Part shown: positions 1 to 9,804 of the stretch, piece by piece | How positions within the stretch are numbered: position 1 is the first letter of the stretch | Layout: every line of letters begins with the position of its first letter | NCBI GenBank assembly: GCA_963804955.1 | Contig: CAWDSQ010000024.1 | Span: 1-64,000, forward strand | Reading direction: 5' to 3' | Source: an uncultured delta proteobacterium | GTDB taxonomy: Bacteria; Desulfobacterota; WTBG01; CAIYCZ01; CAIRTM01 | Length of the DNA: 64,000 nt | Translations under genes and position numbers: made by a program | Notes under the pieces: generated by a model | What the model was told of the DNA's origin: nothing | The model's database searches: none | What the model saw: only the letters and a program-made list of their open reading frames with translations

Positions 1-1564
1 CGTCGCGCACCAGGGCATGTATATACACATCCCGAAACGGCACATCGCCCATGAACTTAAGCCCCATCATCATCATGCGGGCCACCCAGAAAAAAAGAAT
101 ATCAAAGCCCGTCACCAGGCACGAGGTCGGATAGAACTTCTCAAGAAAGTCGGTCTTTTCAGGCCACCCGAGCGTCGAGAAAGGCCATAAAGCAGAGCTG
201 AACCATGTGTCAAGCACATCTGATTCCTGCTCGATATCGCGGCTTCCGCAGGCTGCGCAGGCTGTGGGGTCTATCTTTGCCACGGTGATTTCGCCGCAGG
301 CCTTGCAGTACCAGGCAGGGATGCGGTGGCCCCACCATATCTGGCGCGAGATGCACCAGTCCCTGATATTGTTCATCCATTCGAAATAGGTCTTCTCCCA
401 GTTAGCAGGTATGATGCGCGTGCGGCCGTCCTTAACAGCTGCTATTGCCTCTTCGGCAAGGGGCCCGACCTTCACAAACCATTGCAGCGACAGATTGGGC
501 TCTACGATATTCTTGCACCGGTAGCAGTGGCCTACGGAATGCATATGCGTTTCGGTTTTTTCAAGCAGGCCCTGAGCTTCAAGGTCGGCAAGAACTTTTT
601 TTCGCGCTTCGAACCGGTCAAGCCCTGCATAGGCGCCGGCATCGGCTGTCATGGAACCGTCTTCGCCGATAACCTTAATGAGGTCGAGCTTGTATTTCAG
701 GCCGATCTCAAAGTCATTGGGATCATGGGCAGGGGTTATTTTAAGGGCGCCTGTGCCGAATTCAAGGTCCACATAGCTGTCGCCGATAACAGGAATCCTG
801 CGGTTCATCAGCGGCAGCACCACCTCTTTGCCGATCCAGTCTTTATGGCGCGGATCTTCGGGATTGACGGCAATGGCGGTATCGCCCAGCATGGTCTCGG
901 GCCGCGTGGTTGCAACCGTCAGAAAAGCGCTCCCCTCGGGTGAAGGATATTTGATGTAGTACAGTCCGCCCTGAATATCTTCATGCTCAACCTCAAGGTC
1001 GGACAGCGCTGTGTGGCAGCGCGGGCACCAGTTGATGAGCTTGTTGCCGCGGTATATGAGACCTTCATTGTACAGGGTTACAAACACCTCGCGCACGGCC
1101 CGCGAGCAGCCTTCGTCCATGGTGAACCGCTCCCGGCTCCAGTCGCAGGATGCCCCGAGCTTCATCAGCTGCTTGACGATTGTGCCGCCCGACTCATGCT
1201 TCCACTGCCACACACGCTCCACAAACTTATCGCGGCCGACATCAAAGCGCGATTTGCCCTCCTGCGCGATCTGACGCTCAACAACATTCTGCGTTGCAAT
1301 ACCGGCATGGTCCATGCCGCACTGCCACAGGGCGGCATAGCCCTTCATTCGCTTGTAGCGTATCAGTATGTCCTGCAGGGTATTGTTGAGGGCATGGCCC
1401 ATATGCAGAGAGCCGGTCACATTGGGAGGCGGTATGACGATGCAGTAGGGCTTCCTGCTGTTGGTCATATCGGACTTGAAATACCCTTTTTTATTCCACA
1501 ACTCATACCATTTCTGCTCAACGCTGTGAGGATCATAGGTCTTATCCAAAGGCTGGTCACTCAT
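1..1564 (-). CDS. valS: Valine--tRNA ligase, 5' part (runs off window start)
   Basis: Manual minus-strand translation: starts [20 protein letters not shown] at ATG 1564 (AGGA upstream); window start reads [45 protein letters not shown], typical ValRS. Confidence 0.95.
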   Translation of the reverse strand, partial: MSDQPLDKTYDPHSVEQKWYELWNKKGYFKSDMTNSRKPYCIVIPPPNVTGSLHMGHALNNTLQDILIRYKRMKGYAALWQCGMDHAGIATQNVVERQIAQEGKSRFDVGRDKFVERVWQWKHESGGTIVKQLMKLGASCDWSRERFTMDEGCSRAVREVFVTLYNEGLIYRGNKLINWCPRCHTALSDLEVEHEDIQGGLYYIKYPSPEGSAFLTVATTRPETMLGDTAIAVNPEDPRHKDWIGKEVVLPLMNRRIPVIGDSYVDLEFGTGALKITPAHDPNDFEIGLKYKLDLIKVIGEDGSMTADAGAYAGLDRFEARKKVLADLEAQGLLEKTETHMHSVGHCYRCKNIVEPNLSLQWFVKVGPLAEEAIAAVKDGRTRIIPANWEKTYFEWMNNIRDWCISRQIWWGHRIPAWYCKACGEITVAKIDPTACAACGSRDIEQESDVLDTWFSSALWPFSTLGWPEKTDFLEKFYPTSCLVTGFDILFFWVARMMMMGLKFMGDVPFRDVYIHALVRD

Positions 1565-2066
1565 GATGCTGTCCTTGAATTAAATGCTGAAGTTCCTGTA
1601 GGATAAAATGAAACAGGATTATCATGCACCCTGCCTAAAGTCAAGAAACCTCTAAAAATCCTTGTTTTAAAACAGATATACATATAAAAAAATCAGTCCT
1701 GCATGAAAGTTGTGAGGGTAAACGAAAAATCCTTTACTGTCAGCCTGCGTCCGCCACGGTGCAGGGATTTCTGATTTCACTGTCACTACGAAATTCTTTA
1801 CTTCATTGCGGAACCGGACGTCAAAATCGCGACTTTGGATTTTTTATAGATGCTCTCAGCAGGATATTCTATCGTAGTCAAACACATTCTGTCTGTGCAT
1901 TCGAGTCTAAAAAGCTTTCAGTTAAAAACAGCTTCTGACACTGAGAAGCGACGAATGAACACTCTACCGGCTGCACGAAGTGTCGCAAAGGAGGGTTTTT
2001 GATGCGCAAGCACTGATGCGCCATACTAATAATTATTATTTATAATAAATTAAAATATAAAATTTG

Positions 2067-2095
2067 TTGACATGAAGTTTAATTTATTATATATT
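2067..2095 (+). promoter_or_regulatory. Sigma70-type promoter
   Basis: TTGACA (2067-2072), 17 nt spacer, TATATT (2090-2095), in an AT-rich tract upstream of the riboswitch. Confidence 0.7.
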
Positions 2096-2162
2096 CATCA
2101 ATGCTAAAAACCCAGTATGGGTTTTGCATGATGCTGATATAAAAAGACGTTGCAAAGCATTA

Positions 2163-2244
2163 AACCGAAAAGAGCACACTACTTCGTAAGAGTAGGTCGC
2201 AAAGTTTCCGATCCTGAAATGCAAGGAAAGCGGGACTGCCGGTA
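2163..2244 (+). ncRNA. GEMM-I (c-di-GMP-I family) riboswitch aptamer, A20 variant, predicted c-AMP-GMP sensing
   Basis: GAGCACACTACTTC-GTAA-GAGTAGGTCGCAAAG...GCGGGACTGCCGGT aligns by eye with Vc2 (GGGCAAACCATTCGAAAGAGTGGGACGCAAAG...GCGGGGTTACCG); P1 ACCG/CGGT, GNRA loop, CGCAAAG junction. Confidence 0.85.
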
Positions 2245-2270
2245 GTGAAATTGAATTTTATCACACCCGG

Positions 2271-2299
2271 CCTCTCCTTATTTCCAGGAGGGGTTTTTT
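2271..2299 (+). terminator. Intrinsic terminator (riboswitch expression platform)
   Basis: CCTCTCCT-TATTTCC-AGGAGGGG followed by TTTTTT. Confidence 0.8.
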
Positions 2300-2391
2300 A
2301 TTGCACGAAACAGAAGGATTTGCTCATACAGGCACTACTTTCGCCATATGTATTCTTAACAAATGCCTGAAAAGCCGGCCCAGGGAGTACC

Positions 2392-2832
2392 ATGACTGGA
2401 AAATTCAGAAAACCGCGCATACTGATTGTCGATGACAATTTCGTCATCCGTGATCTGATAAAATCGTTTTACGAAGACTACAACTTTGAATTGTTCGAGG
2501 CGGTTGACGGACAGGAAGCAGTGGAGATGGCCCGTACATGCGTATTTGATTTGATACTGCTGGACATTCAGATGCCGGTGTTGAACGGATACGAGGCTGC
2601 AGCCATCCTGAAAAATGACGAGGATCTTAAAGACATTCCTATTGTTGTTATCACGGCTCAAGAGCATGGGGAGGTAAAGAAACGGATCGATGGTATGTAT
2701 GATGGATACGTGAACAAACCCTTCAAAAAAGTCCATCTGATTAAAGCGACCATGCATTACCTGCAGCGTGTCATAAGCCAAAAACACAAAGTTTTCGAGT
2801 TGCCTTCTTCAAAAAACAATAGACACAGGTGA
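2392..2832 (+). CDS. Single-domain CheY-like response regulator
   Basis: ILIVDD, DLILLDIQMPVLNG, PIVVITA, KPF receiver motifs; GGGAG RBS. Confidence 0.9.
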   Translation: MTGKFRKPRILIVDDNFVIRDLIKSFYEDYNFELFEAVDGQEAVEMARTCVFDLILLDIQMPVLNGYEAAAILKNDEDLKDIPIVVITAQEHGEVKKRIDGMYDGYVNKPFKKVHLIKATMHYLQRVISQKHKVFELPSSKNNRHR

Positions 2833-3074
2833 TGGTTGCGTCTGTTAAATGGAAAAATGTTAAGCAAAAAACCTTTAATGTCGCATGCAACGCTGCATCG
2901 AGCATCAAGGGTCAGGATAAGCAGTATCAAGTGTAAAAATTTGGATTTGAACTGACGGTTTTACGAGATGATTTTTACTTCAACGGACAATAACACTATT
3001 ACCAGAAGTATCATTAAATAAATCAGGTGTTGTACTGCAGTCAAAATGCTGACACGTAATGTGTACTTTTTAGT

Positions 3075-3115
3075 AAGAAGGCCTCACCGCAATATACTAG
3101 AGGTGAGGCCTTCTT
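3075..3115. terminator. Hairpin between convergent genes (putative terminator)
   Basis: AAGAAGGCCTCACC ... GGTGAGGCCTTCTT, 14-bp perfect stem. Confidence 0.65.
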
Positions 3116-3148
3116 GGTACTTTAGAAGATTAACCAGCTAACCCAATA

Positions 3149-5605
3149 TTACGGCGTACAAGCCGCCTCGCATACGGGCTGGCCTTCGCTGCCGCAGCCG
3201 GGGTCTGCATCGCACACATCCCCTGCACCGTCGCTGTCGGCGTCCATCTGATAGCTGTTGCACAGGGCCGGGCAGTTATCCGTGCTGTCGGGGAAACTAT
3301 CTCCATCCGTATCAACCTGCCCCTCGCACAGTACCTGCCCGCAGCCCCCGCAGCCGGGCGTTGTATCGCACACATCACCAATCCCGTCGCCATCGGCATC
3401 ACCCTGCTGCGGGTTGGCATTGGCAGGGCAGTTGTCAATGACATCGAACACACCGTCGGCATCACTGTCGCATGAGGTCTCGCAGACCGGCTGGCCATCG
3501 CCCCCGCAGCCGGGGTCAGGGTCGCACACATCGCCTGTGCCGTCACCATCGGCATCAAGCTGATAGGCATTGCAGGTGGCAGGGCAGTTGTCTATTGCAT
3601 CTCTTATAAAGTCGCCGTCCGTATCCACCTCCTGCTCGCATACCGGCTGGCCGCACCCCGCGCCGCAGCCTGGGGTGGTATCGCACACATCACCTATGCC
3701 GTCAGCGTCGGCATCGAGCTGAAGGGGGTTTGCCGCATCGGGGCAGTTGTCTAAGACATCAGGTGTGCCGTCGCCATCTGTATCGGGCGGACTGAAAACT
3801 GCCGTAGGATAGCCATTCCACGGATTGGTAAACCCGGTTGCTCCGGCAAGATAGTAGACCGTAAACCCGCTTGCGCATCTGATAAAAACACCAGTTTCCA
3901 TCATCGGCGCATTGCCGTAAAAATACGCTGCTGTCATGCTCGTACAATCACCAAAGGCATTACTCCCAATGCTCGTAACGCTGTTCGGAATGGTCACGCT
4001 GGTCAAACCGGTGCAACCATAAAACGCATAATCCCCAATGCTCGTAACGCCGCTGCCTATGGTCACGCTGGTTAAACCGGTGCAACCATAAAACGCAAAA
4101 GCCCCGATGCTCGTTACGCCGCTGCCTATGGTCACGCTGGTCAAACCGGTGCAATCATAAAACGCATAAGCCCCAATGCTCGTAACGCCGCTGCCTATGG
4201 TCACGCTGGTCAAACCGGTGCAATCGTGAAACGCATAATCCCCAATGCTCGTAACGCTGTTGCGGAATGGTCACGCTGGTCAAACCGGTGCAATCGCGAA
4301 ACGCAGAACCCCCAATGCTCGTTACGCCGGCAGGTACTGCGAAGGCACCATTTTTGCCTCCGGGATACTCTAACAGAATCGTCTTGTCTTTATTATACAG
4401 TACGCCATCCTGACTGCTATAGGCGGTATTGCCTGCTTCAACCGTAATGCTGGTCAAACCGGTGCAACGATAAAACGCATAATCCCCAATGCTCGTAACG
4501 CTGTTCGGAATGGTCACGCTGGTTAAACCGGTGCAAGAAGAAAACGCATAACCCCCAATGCTCGTTACGCTGTTCGGAATGGTCACGCTGGTCAAACCGG
4601 TGCAAGAAGAAAACGCACCATCCCCAATGCTCGTAACGCTGTTCGGAATGGTCACGCTGGTCAAACCGGTGCAAGAAGAAAACGCATAACGCCCAATGCT
4701 CGTAACGCTGCTGCGGTATGGTCACGCTGGTCAAACCGGTGCAAGATAAAAACGCATAATTCCCAATGCTCGTAACGCTGTTCGGAATGGTCACGCTGGT
4801 CAAACCGGTGCAATCACGAAACGCACAATCACCAATGCACGTAACGCTGTTCGGAATGGTCACGCTGGTTAAACCGACGCAACCATAAAACGAATAAGGC
4901 CTGATCCTCGTAACGCCGCTGCCAATGGTCACGCTGGTCAAACCGGTGCAAGAATAAAACGCATAACCCCCAATGCTCGTTACGCTGTTCGGAATGGTCA
5001 CGCTGGTCAAACCGGTGCAAGAATAAAACGCATACCACCCAATGCTCGTTACGCCGCTGCCTATGGTCACGCTGGTCAAACCGGTGCAATCTTCAAACGC
5101 ATAATCCCCAATGCTCGTAACGCTGTTCGGAATGGTTATACTGGTAATGTTTGTTTTGCTATCAAATGCTCGGGGCCCAATACCGACGACCGGCATGCCG
5201 TCTCTGGTATCCGGTATGATAACATTGCCGCCGGCGCCGGTATATCGGGTTATGGTGACCGCGCCGTCTGAAACCGTGAACTTGAAATCGCCATCATTGT
5301 CGGAGGCCATAGGGCTTGGGCTTTGTGCACTTACTTCCCAAGCCCCTGCCGGTTCATCAATGGTATACTCTGCACTCAGGTCTTCATCCGCTTCATCTGC
5401 CTCTTCATTCAAGGCGGGCTCTTTTGCTGTGAAGCTGCCTTCCCAGTCTTTATCGGGGTTGGCATAGCCATTCAGCCCCTCAAGGGCCAGGCTGTCAATG
5501 CCGTGCCGTTTTACGGCAGCATGGGCCTGAGGAAGATAGCATGCTGCTGAGAAACACGAAAGAACCAATCACGGACAGGATAAACAGCGATTTTCTGAAA
5601 TGCAT
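3149..5605 (-). CDS. Secreted BspA-type (TpLRR/LRR_5) leucine-rich-repeat protein with C-terminal thrombospondin type-3 repeats; three apparent frameshifts (~5570, ~4710, ~4260)
   Basis: ORFs 4438-5568, 4155-4664 and 3149-4213 join; GGAGGAGG RBS and ATG 5605 with signal peptide; about 16 LTSVTIPNSVTSIGxxAFxxCTG units; DxDGDG..DNCP..NPxQxDxD repeats. Confidence 0.85.
3960..5140 (-). repeat. Coding tandem array of 69-bp units (about 16, one interrupted by a cap insert)
   Basis: Recurrent GGTCACGCTGGTCAAACCGGTGCAA...AAACGCA...CCCAATGCTCGTAACGC at 69-nt spacing. Confidence 0.9.
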
Positions 5606-6133
5606 GGGAACCCCTCCTCCAGTACAATTGATTAGTTTGCCTATATGTTTTAACTATAGTTAGCTTCTACATTCAAGTCAATTTAAATCATATTCAAAGG
5701 AGGACAAGGGGATCAGGATCTTCAATAGTCAATTAATAGGATGAGACATGTTGCTTCAGTCGCATTTTTTAAACACAATATCCTGGGCTATGGATTCGTA
5801 TGAAAAAACCCCACACTACGGCTTAATGTGGACTGCGGATTGTTTTTTAAATATTCAACATTACCATATAAGAAGTCTTTGCTCTGTCAGATTACGTTAA
5901 AACTAATTTCTGCTAGTGCAGGATTAAGTCCTGACTTCTACACATCAAGTTTACGGGGATACTCAGTGGCAGCATGATTCAGCAGCGCGTTAAAAAGATC
6001 CCCTAAACCCTGCGCCGCTATACACCTTGACAAACAAGCCTTCATTCTATATTTTTGACCTTAGTCCATAGCCGGCTTTTTGTCAGTTTCACAAAGCGAT
6101 CGCCTGTCATAAACCACCCTGAAGAATTTCCCC

Positions 6134-7969
6134 ATGCGTTACAAAAAAAGTATCATCACAACCTGTTTCATAGCGCTCATCATCGGGCTTTATTTCACCC
6201 CATGGGCGCAAAAGCTGCTGCCGCAGCCTTTCTCGTTCGGTTCCGGCTCTGCCCTTGATGATATCCGGGATATGCGCGGGATGAGCAAAAGGGGGTTTCG
6301 CTCCCATACAATAAGCCCCCTTACCTTTAAAACCCTGCGGTACTATCTTTTGCAGGAGCTGGACGATGCAGCAGCGCGAGCAAAATTTTGCCGAGGCTGC
6401 AAAGATCAACAGCGTACTGGCTTCAGAGGCCTTCAACCGCGCGGAGGCAATGCTCGATTACTGGATGCAGCAGCAGGATCCCTCTACCAGGCTATTCCCG
6501 GGATATGTCTATGCAGGCATCAAGTTCTGGGATTATCGCAATGTGGCCGCAGATCTTTTCCCCTTTCTTATAATCGCAGCTCATTTTATCGATGACCAGG
6601 CTTATGCGAAGCTTCTGGAAACGCTGGAAAGTGAAACATCTCTTTCTCAACCATTTGCCCTGCCGCAAACAGTGCTGCTGGGCAAAGGAACGCTAGTCGA
6701 TGAAGGTCTGAAAGAGCAGATCTTCGGCGCTGCGGAGTATATTAAAGACGGTCTGGTGCCGATTACAGAAAGGCTTGGCCGTGGTCCCTGGCTTGATCGA
6801 ATGGAAAATCTGATGAGCAGAATCTGGGCTGTCGCTCCGGTACAGACATCCTACGGCGCGATCCCCTCCGATCTTGCCGAACCGAACGGGGATCTCCTGC
6901 AGGGACTCTGCCGCCTGTATTCAGCCACAGGCAAAAAAAAATATCTTGAGTGGGCAGAGCGGCTCGGGGATGTGTACCTGCTTGAGATACTGCCCCGCAG
7001 CGGCTTTCTTCCTCCAAAAAAGTGGGATTTTAAAACCGGAAACTTCGCGTACAAATGAGGTTTGGCTGCGGGATCACGGCAATGAGCTTATCACGGGGCT
7101 GGCTGAGCTTGCCTGCATTGAATGCCTGGCCTCAAGTCCGCGCTGCGGAACCTATATCCCTCCCCTGCTCACCATGATGGATTTGCTGTTAGTCAAAGGC
7201 AGGAACAAGGACGGGCTTTGGTACAATGCCCTGGACCGGCAGGGAGAGGAGCTCAAGGTGAGGAAGGGGTCCCTCTGCGACAACTGGGGATATCTGTATG
7301 CCGCCTATCTTGCTCTGGCGCAGGTGCTGGAGAACAAGGCGATTGACCACCCATCCATAAACAACTACCGGCAGGAGGTCAAAAGGACACTTGAGAATAT
7401 CCACCTCTATACCTTTTTCCCCTGGGAGCGAGCAGTTTGAAATGGACGGGCAGGTTGACAGCATAGAAAGCGCGCTTTACCTGCTCAACAGAATCCCCGT
7501 GCCCAGCGCCTTCAGATGGATGGATGAGGAAGCCGGTTCGCTTTTCTATTTACAAAAGCCTGATGGCTCCGTCAACAGGGACTATCTTGACGGTAATTTC
7601 ATCCGAACCTCGCTACTCTATGGCTTTTATAAGACTCAGGGAACATATCTGAAACCCTGGCGGGAGGATGTGCGCGTGGGAGCATACCGCAGTGCCGACG
7701 GACTCTACCTCCACCTGGAAAGCGAGCTTGCATGGCAGGGAAAACTGTACTTTGATTATCCTCGTCATCAAATAACCAGCGCTGTAAATTACCCGAGAGT
7801 CAACGAGTGGCCTGAATGGTTTGTTGTGGAAAATGACGCGGATTATGTGGTAACGGATTTAAATAATAATACGGACCGGTCATATCGCGGCAGCGAATTG
7901 ATAAACGGCATCAGCATCAGCCTTAACAAGCACTCTTTTGACACGCTGCTGATTAAAAAGCAGCAGTAA
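6134..7969 (+). CDS. Membrane-anchored hypothetical protein, possibly a six-hairpin-glycosidase-like alpha/alpha barrel; frameshifted
   Basis: Overlapping ORFs 6134-6595, 6366-7058, 6874-7440 and 7391-7969 in register; N-terminal TM helix; LY.ATG..KYLEWAERLGD motif; fold is inference. Confidence 0.55.
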
Positions 7970-8158
7970 GGCCCCTCGCCATTCTAAGCTCCCGCGCCTC
8001 AGTCCAATGCTTCTCGCCGCCTTGCGACTGTGTTTCCCCTGCAGACGATCATGAATACAGCACTGATTATCCTGCTCAATGTCTGCATGAAAGGTATTGA
8101 ACATCAATGACCAGGGGCTATACTTATAATCAGGAAAACTTAAAAACGAGGTGGAATC

Positions 8159-8329
8159 ATGTCGAGCTTATCTTTAAAAAAAATATTCCATGCCGGAGAT
8201 TTTACGAACTCCTATGATGAGGTCCTCTTTTTCATTGTGAGTCTTTTGATTCTTGTTCCTCTCGGATTTTTCCTCTATGGTGTATTTTGCATGATTATGT
8301 GCCTTGTACAGGAAATCTGTATTGTTTGA
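8159..8329 (+). CDS. Small (56 aa) membrane protein
   Basis: GAGGTGG RBS; ATG 8159 to TGA 8329; hydrophobic VLFFIVSLLILVPLGFFLYGVFCMIMCLV. Confidence 0.5.
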   Translation: MSSLSLKKIFHAGDFTNSYDEVLFFIVSLLILVPLGFFLYGVFCMIMCLVQEICIV

Positions 8330-8404
8330 AGCGCCTGTAAAACCAGTGGATCATCACATTTAAAATAAGCGGTTTAGCAACCTCCCCTAACCCCTCCTGA
8401 CCCG

Positions 8405-8555
8405 GAGTCTGTGTAGCAATACAAATAAATGTCATTCTGAGGAACTGCAGGCGACGAAGAATCTCGTTGTTTTATTAAAACCATGTACTTTTATAACGCC
8501 TGAGATCCTTCGTTTCACTCAGGATGACTGCACTATTTAATTGCGACACAGCCTC
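8405..8555. repeat. Nested REP/MITE-like palindromic element
   Basis: Outer IR GAGTCTGTGTAGCAAT / ATTGCGACACAGCCTC; inner IR GTCATTCTGAG..GAAGAATCTC / GAGATCCTTCG..CTCAGGATGAC. Confidence 0.7.
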
Positions 8556-8753
8556 CAGGAAGGGCAAAAAAAATACCGGCGTTGAAATTAAGTACGTCCC
8601 CAACAGGCATCCCTTGGGCAGGGAAGGCTTGTTCGGAGTGTCAAAAACAAATCTTAAGACCCACAAGGCTAACTTAAAAATTTAAAATTTTTAATAATTT
8701 TATATTTTTTTACCACCTCATCCTCTCCTCAAAAAAAATTTCACCTTTTCGCC

Positions 8754-8820
8754 TTGCAAAATAGAAAAAATTATTCGATAATAAGTTATCGATAAATAAG
8801 TATCGATAATCGATTATCGA
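8754..8820 (+). promoter_or_regulatory. Promoter overlapped by three TCGATAA-N4-TTATCGA boxes (putative Rex operators)
   Basis: TTGCAA (8754), 17 nt, GATAAT (8777); boxes at 8775-8792, 8789-8806 (1 mismatch) and 8803-8820. Confidence 0.6.
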
Positions 8821-8832
8821 AAAGAGGTTGTC

Positions 8833-9495
8833 ATGACTGAAAAAACACTCAATACCCCATCGCTTCCAACTGTGCGGCGCCTGCCGACATACCTGCGGCT
8901 GCTCAAGGAATTGCAGGATGAAAAGCAGCATTATGTAAGCAGCACCTATATTGCCGACCGGTTCCAGCTCGAGCCGATTCAGGTTCGCAAAGACCTTGCG
9001 GCCATGGGCATAGTCGGCCAGCCGCGCATCGGTTTTGCGGTAACGGAGCTGACCTGCGCCATTATGCAATTCCTGGGCTGGAACAATGCAAGCGAGGCTT
9101 TTCTCATCGGCGCCGGCAATCTCGGCTCCGCCCTTGCCGGCTACAGCGGCTTTGCCGACTACGGCCTTGATATTGTTGCCGCCTTTGATGTTGACCAGGG
9201 CAAAATCGGCACGCGTATCCATGACATCGAAGTATTCCCCCTCCAAAAGCTGCCTGACCTTGCCCGGCGCCTGCATGTGCATATAGGCATTCTCACCCTT
9301 CCCGGGGCGGCGGCCCAAACCACTGCCGATATGCTGGTGCAGGTCGGTATTACGGCAATCTGGAACTTCACTCCCGTAAAGCTCATGGTGCCTGAGGATG
9401 TCATCGTTGAGAAGGTCGACCTGGCGGCAAGCCTTGCCGTGCTGTCGCGCAGCCTGAAAGAAAAGCTTCCACTGAAAATTGCCGGAGAAGCATAA
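8833..9495 (+). CDS. rex: Redox-sensing transcriptional repressor Rex
   Basis: PTVRRLPTYLR, QVRKDLA, IGAGNLGSAL, AIWNF motifs. Confidence 0.95.
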   Translation: MTEKTLNTPSLPTVRRLPTYLRLLKELQDEKQHYVSSTYIADRFQLEPIQVRKDLAAMGIVGQPRIGFAVTELTCAIMQFLGWNNASEAFLIGAGNLGSALAGYSGFADYGLDIVAAFDVDQGKIGTRIHDIEVFPLQKLPDLARRLHVHIGILTLPGAAAQTTADMLVQVGITAIWNFTPVKLMVPEDVIVEKVDLAASLAVLSRSLKEKLPLKIAGEA

Positions 9496-9496
9496 C

Positions 9497-9781
9497 ATGG
9501 CGGTAACAGAAAAAATCAGTGTTGTCGTCTGCATGGGCAGCTCCTGCTTTTCCCGGGGCAATAGCCTGATTCTACAAAGCCTGCAGAACTATATCCGTGA
9601 AAACGGCATCGAGAACAGGGTTGATCTCAGGGGAAGCCTGTGCGAGGACTGCTGCAAATGCGGGCCGAATATCATCATCAACGGCACGCGCTACAGCCAG
9701 CCCTCAGAAGCTGCCTGCCTGCAGCTGCTGGCCGAGCACCTGAAAAGCAGCGGCTGCCGCGAACAGGGGCCTGCAGCATAA
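9497..9781 (+). CDS. Thioredoxin-like [2Fe-2S] ferredoxin (HfsA-like)
   Basis: CMGSSCFSRGN...GSLCEDCCKCGP. Confidence 0.85.
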   Translation: MAVTEKISVVVCMGSSCFSRGNSLILQSLQNYIRENGIENRVDLRGSLCEDCCKCGPNIIINGTRYSQPSEAACLQLLAEHLKSSGCREQGPAA

Positions 9782-9804
9782 CCAAACAAGCTGAGAATTT
9801 TGCC

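Noticed and set aside
207..1606. Plus-strand ORFs of about 205 aa
   Set aside because: Antisense shadows of valS
1606..2040. T-box leader upstream of valS
   Set aside because: No recognisable T-box consensus or terminator on the minus strand
3960..5140. Regularly spaced repeats suggesting a CRISPR array
   Set aside because: In-frame 69-bp LRR coding units; no unique spacers and no cas genes
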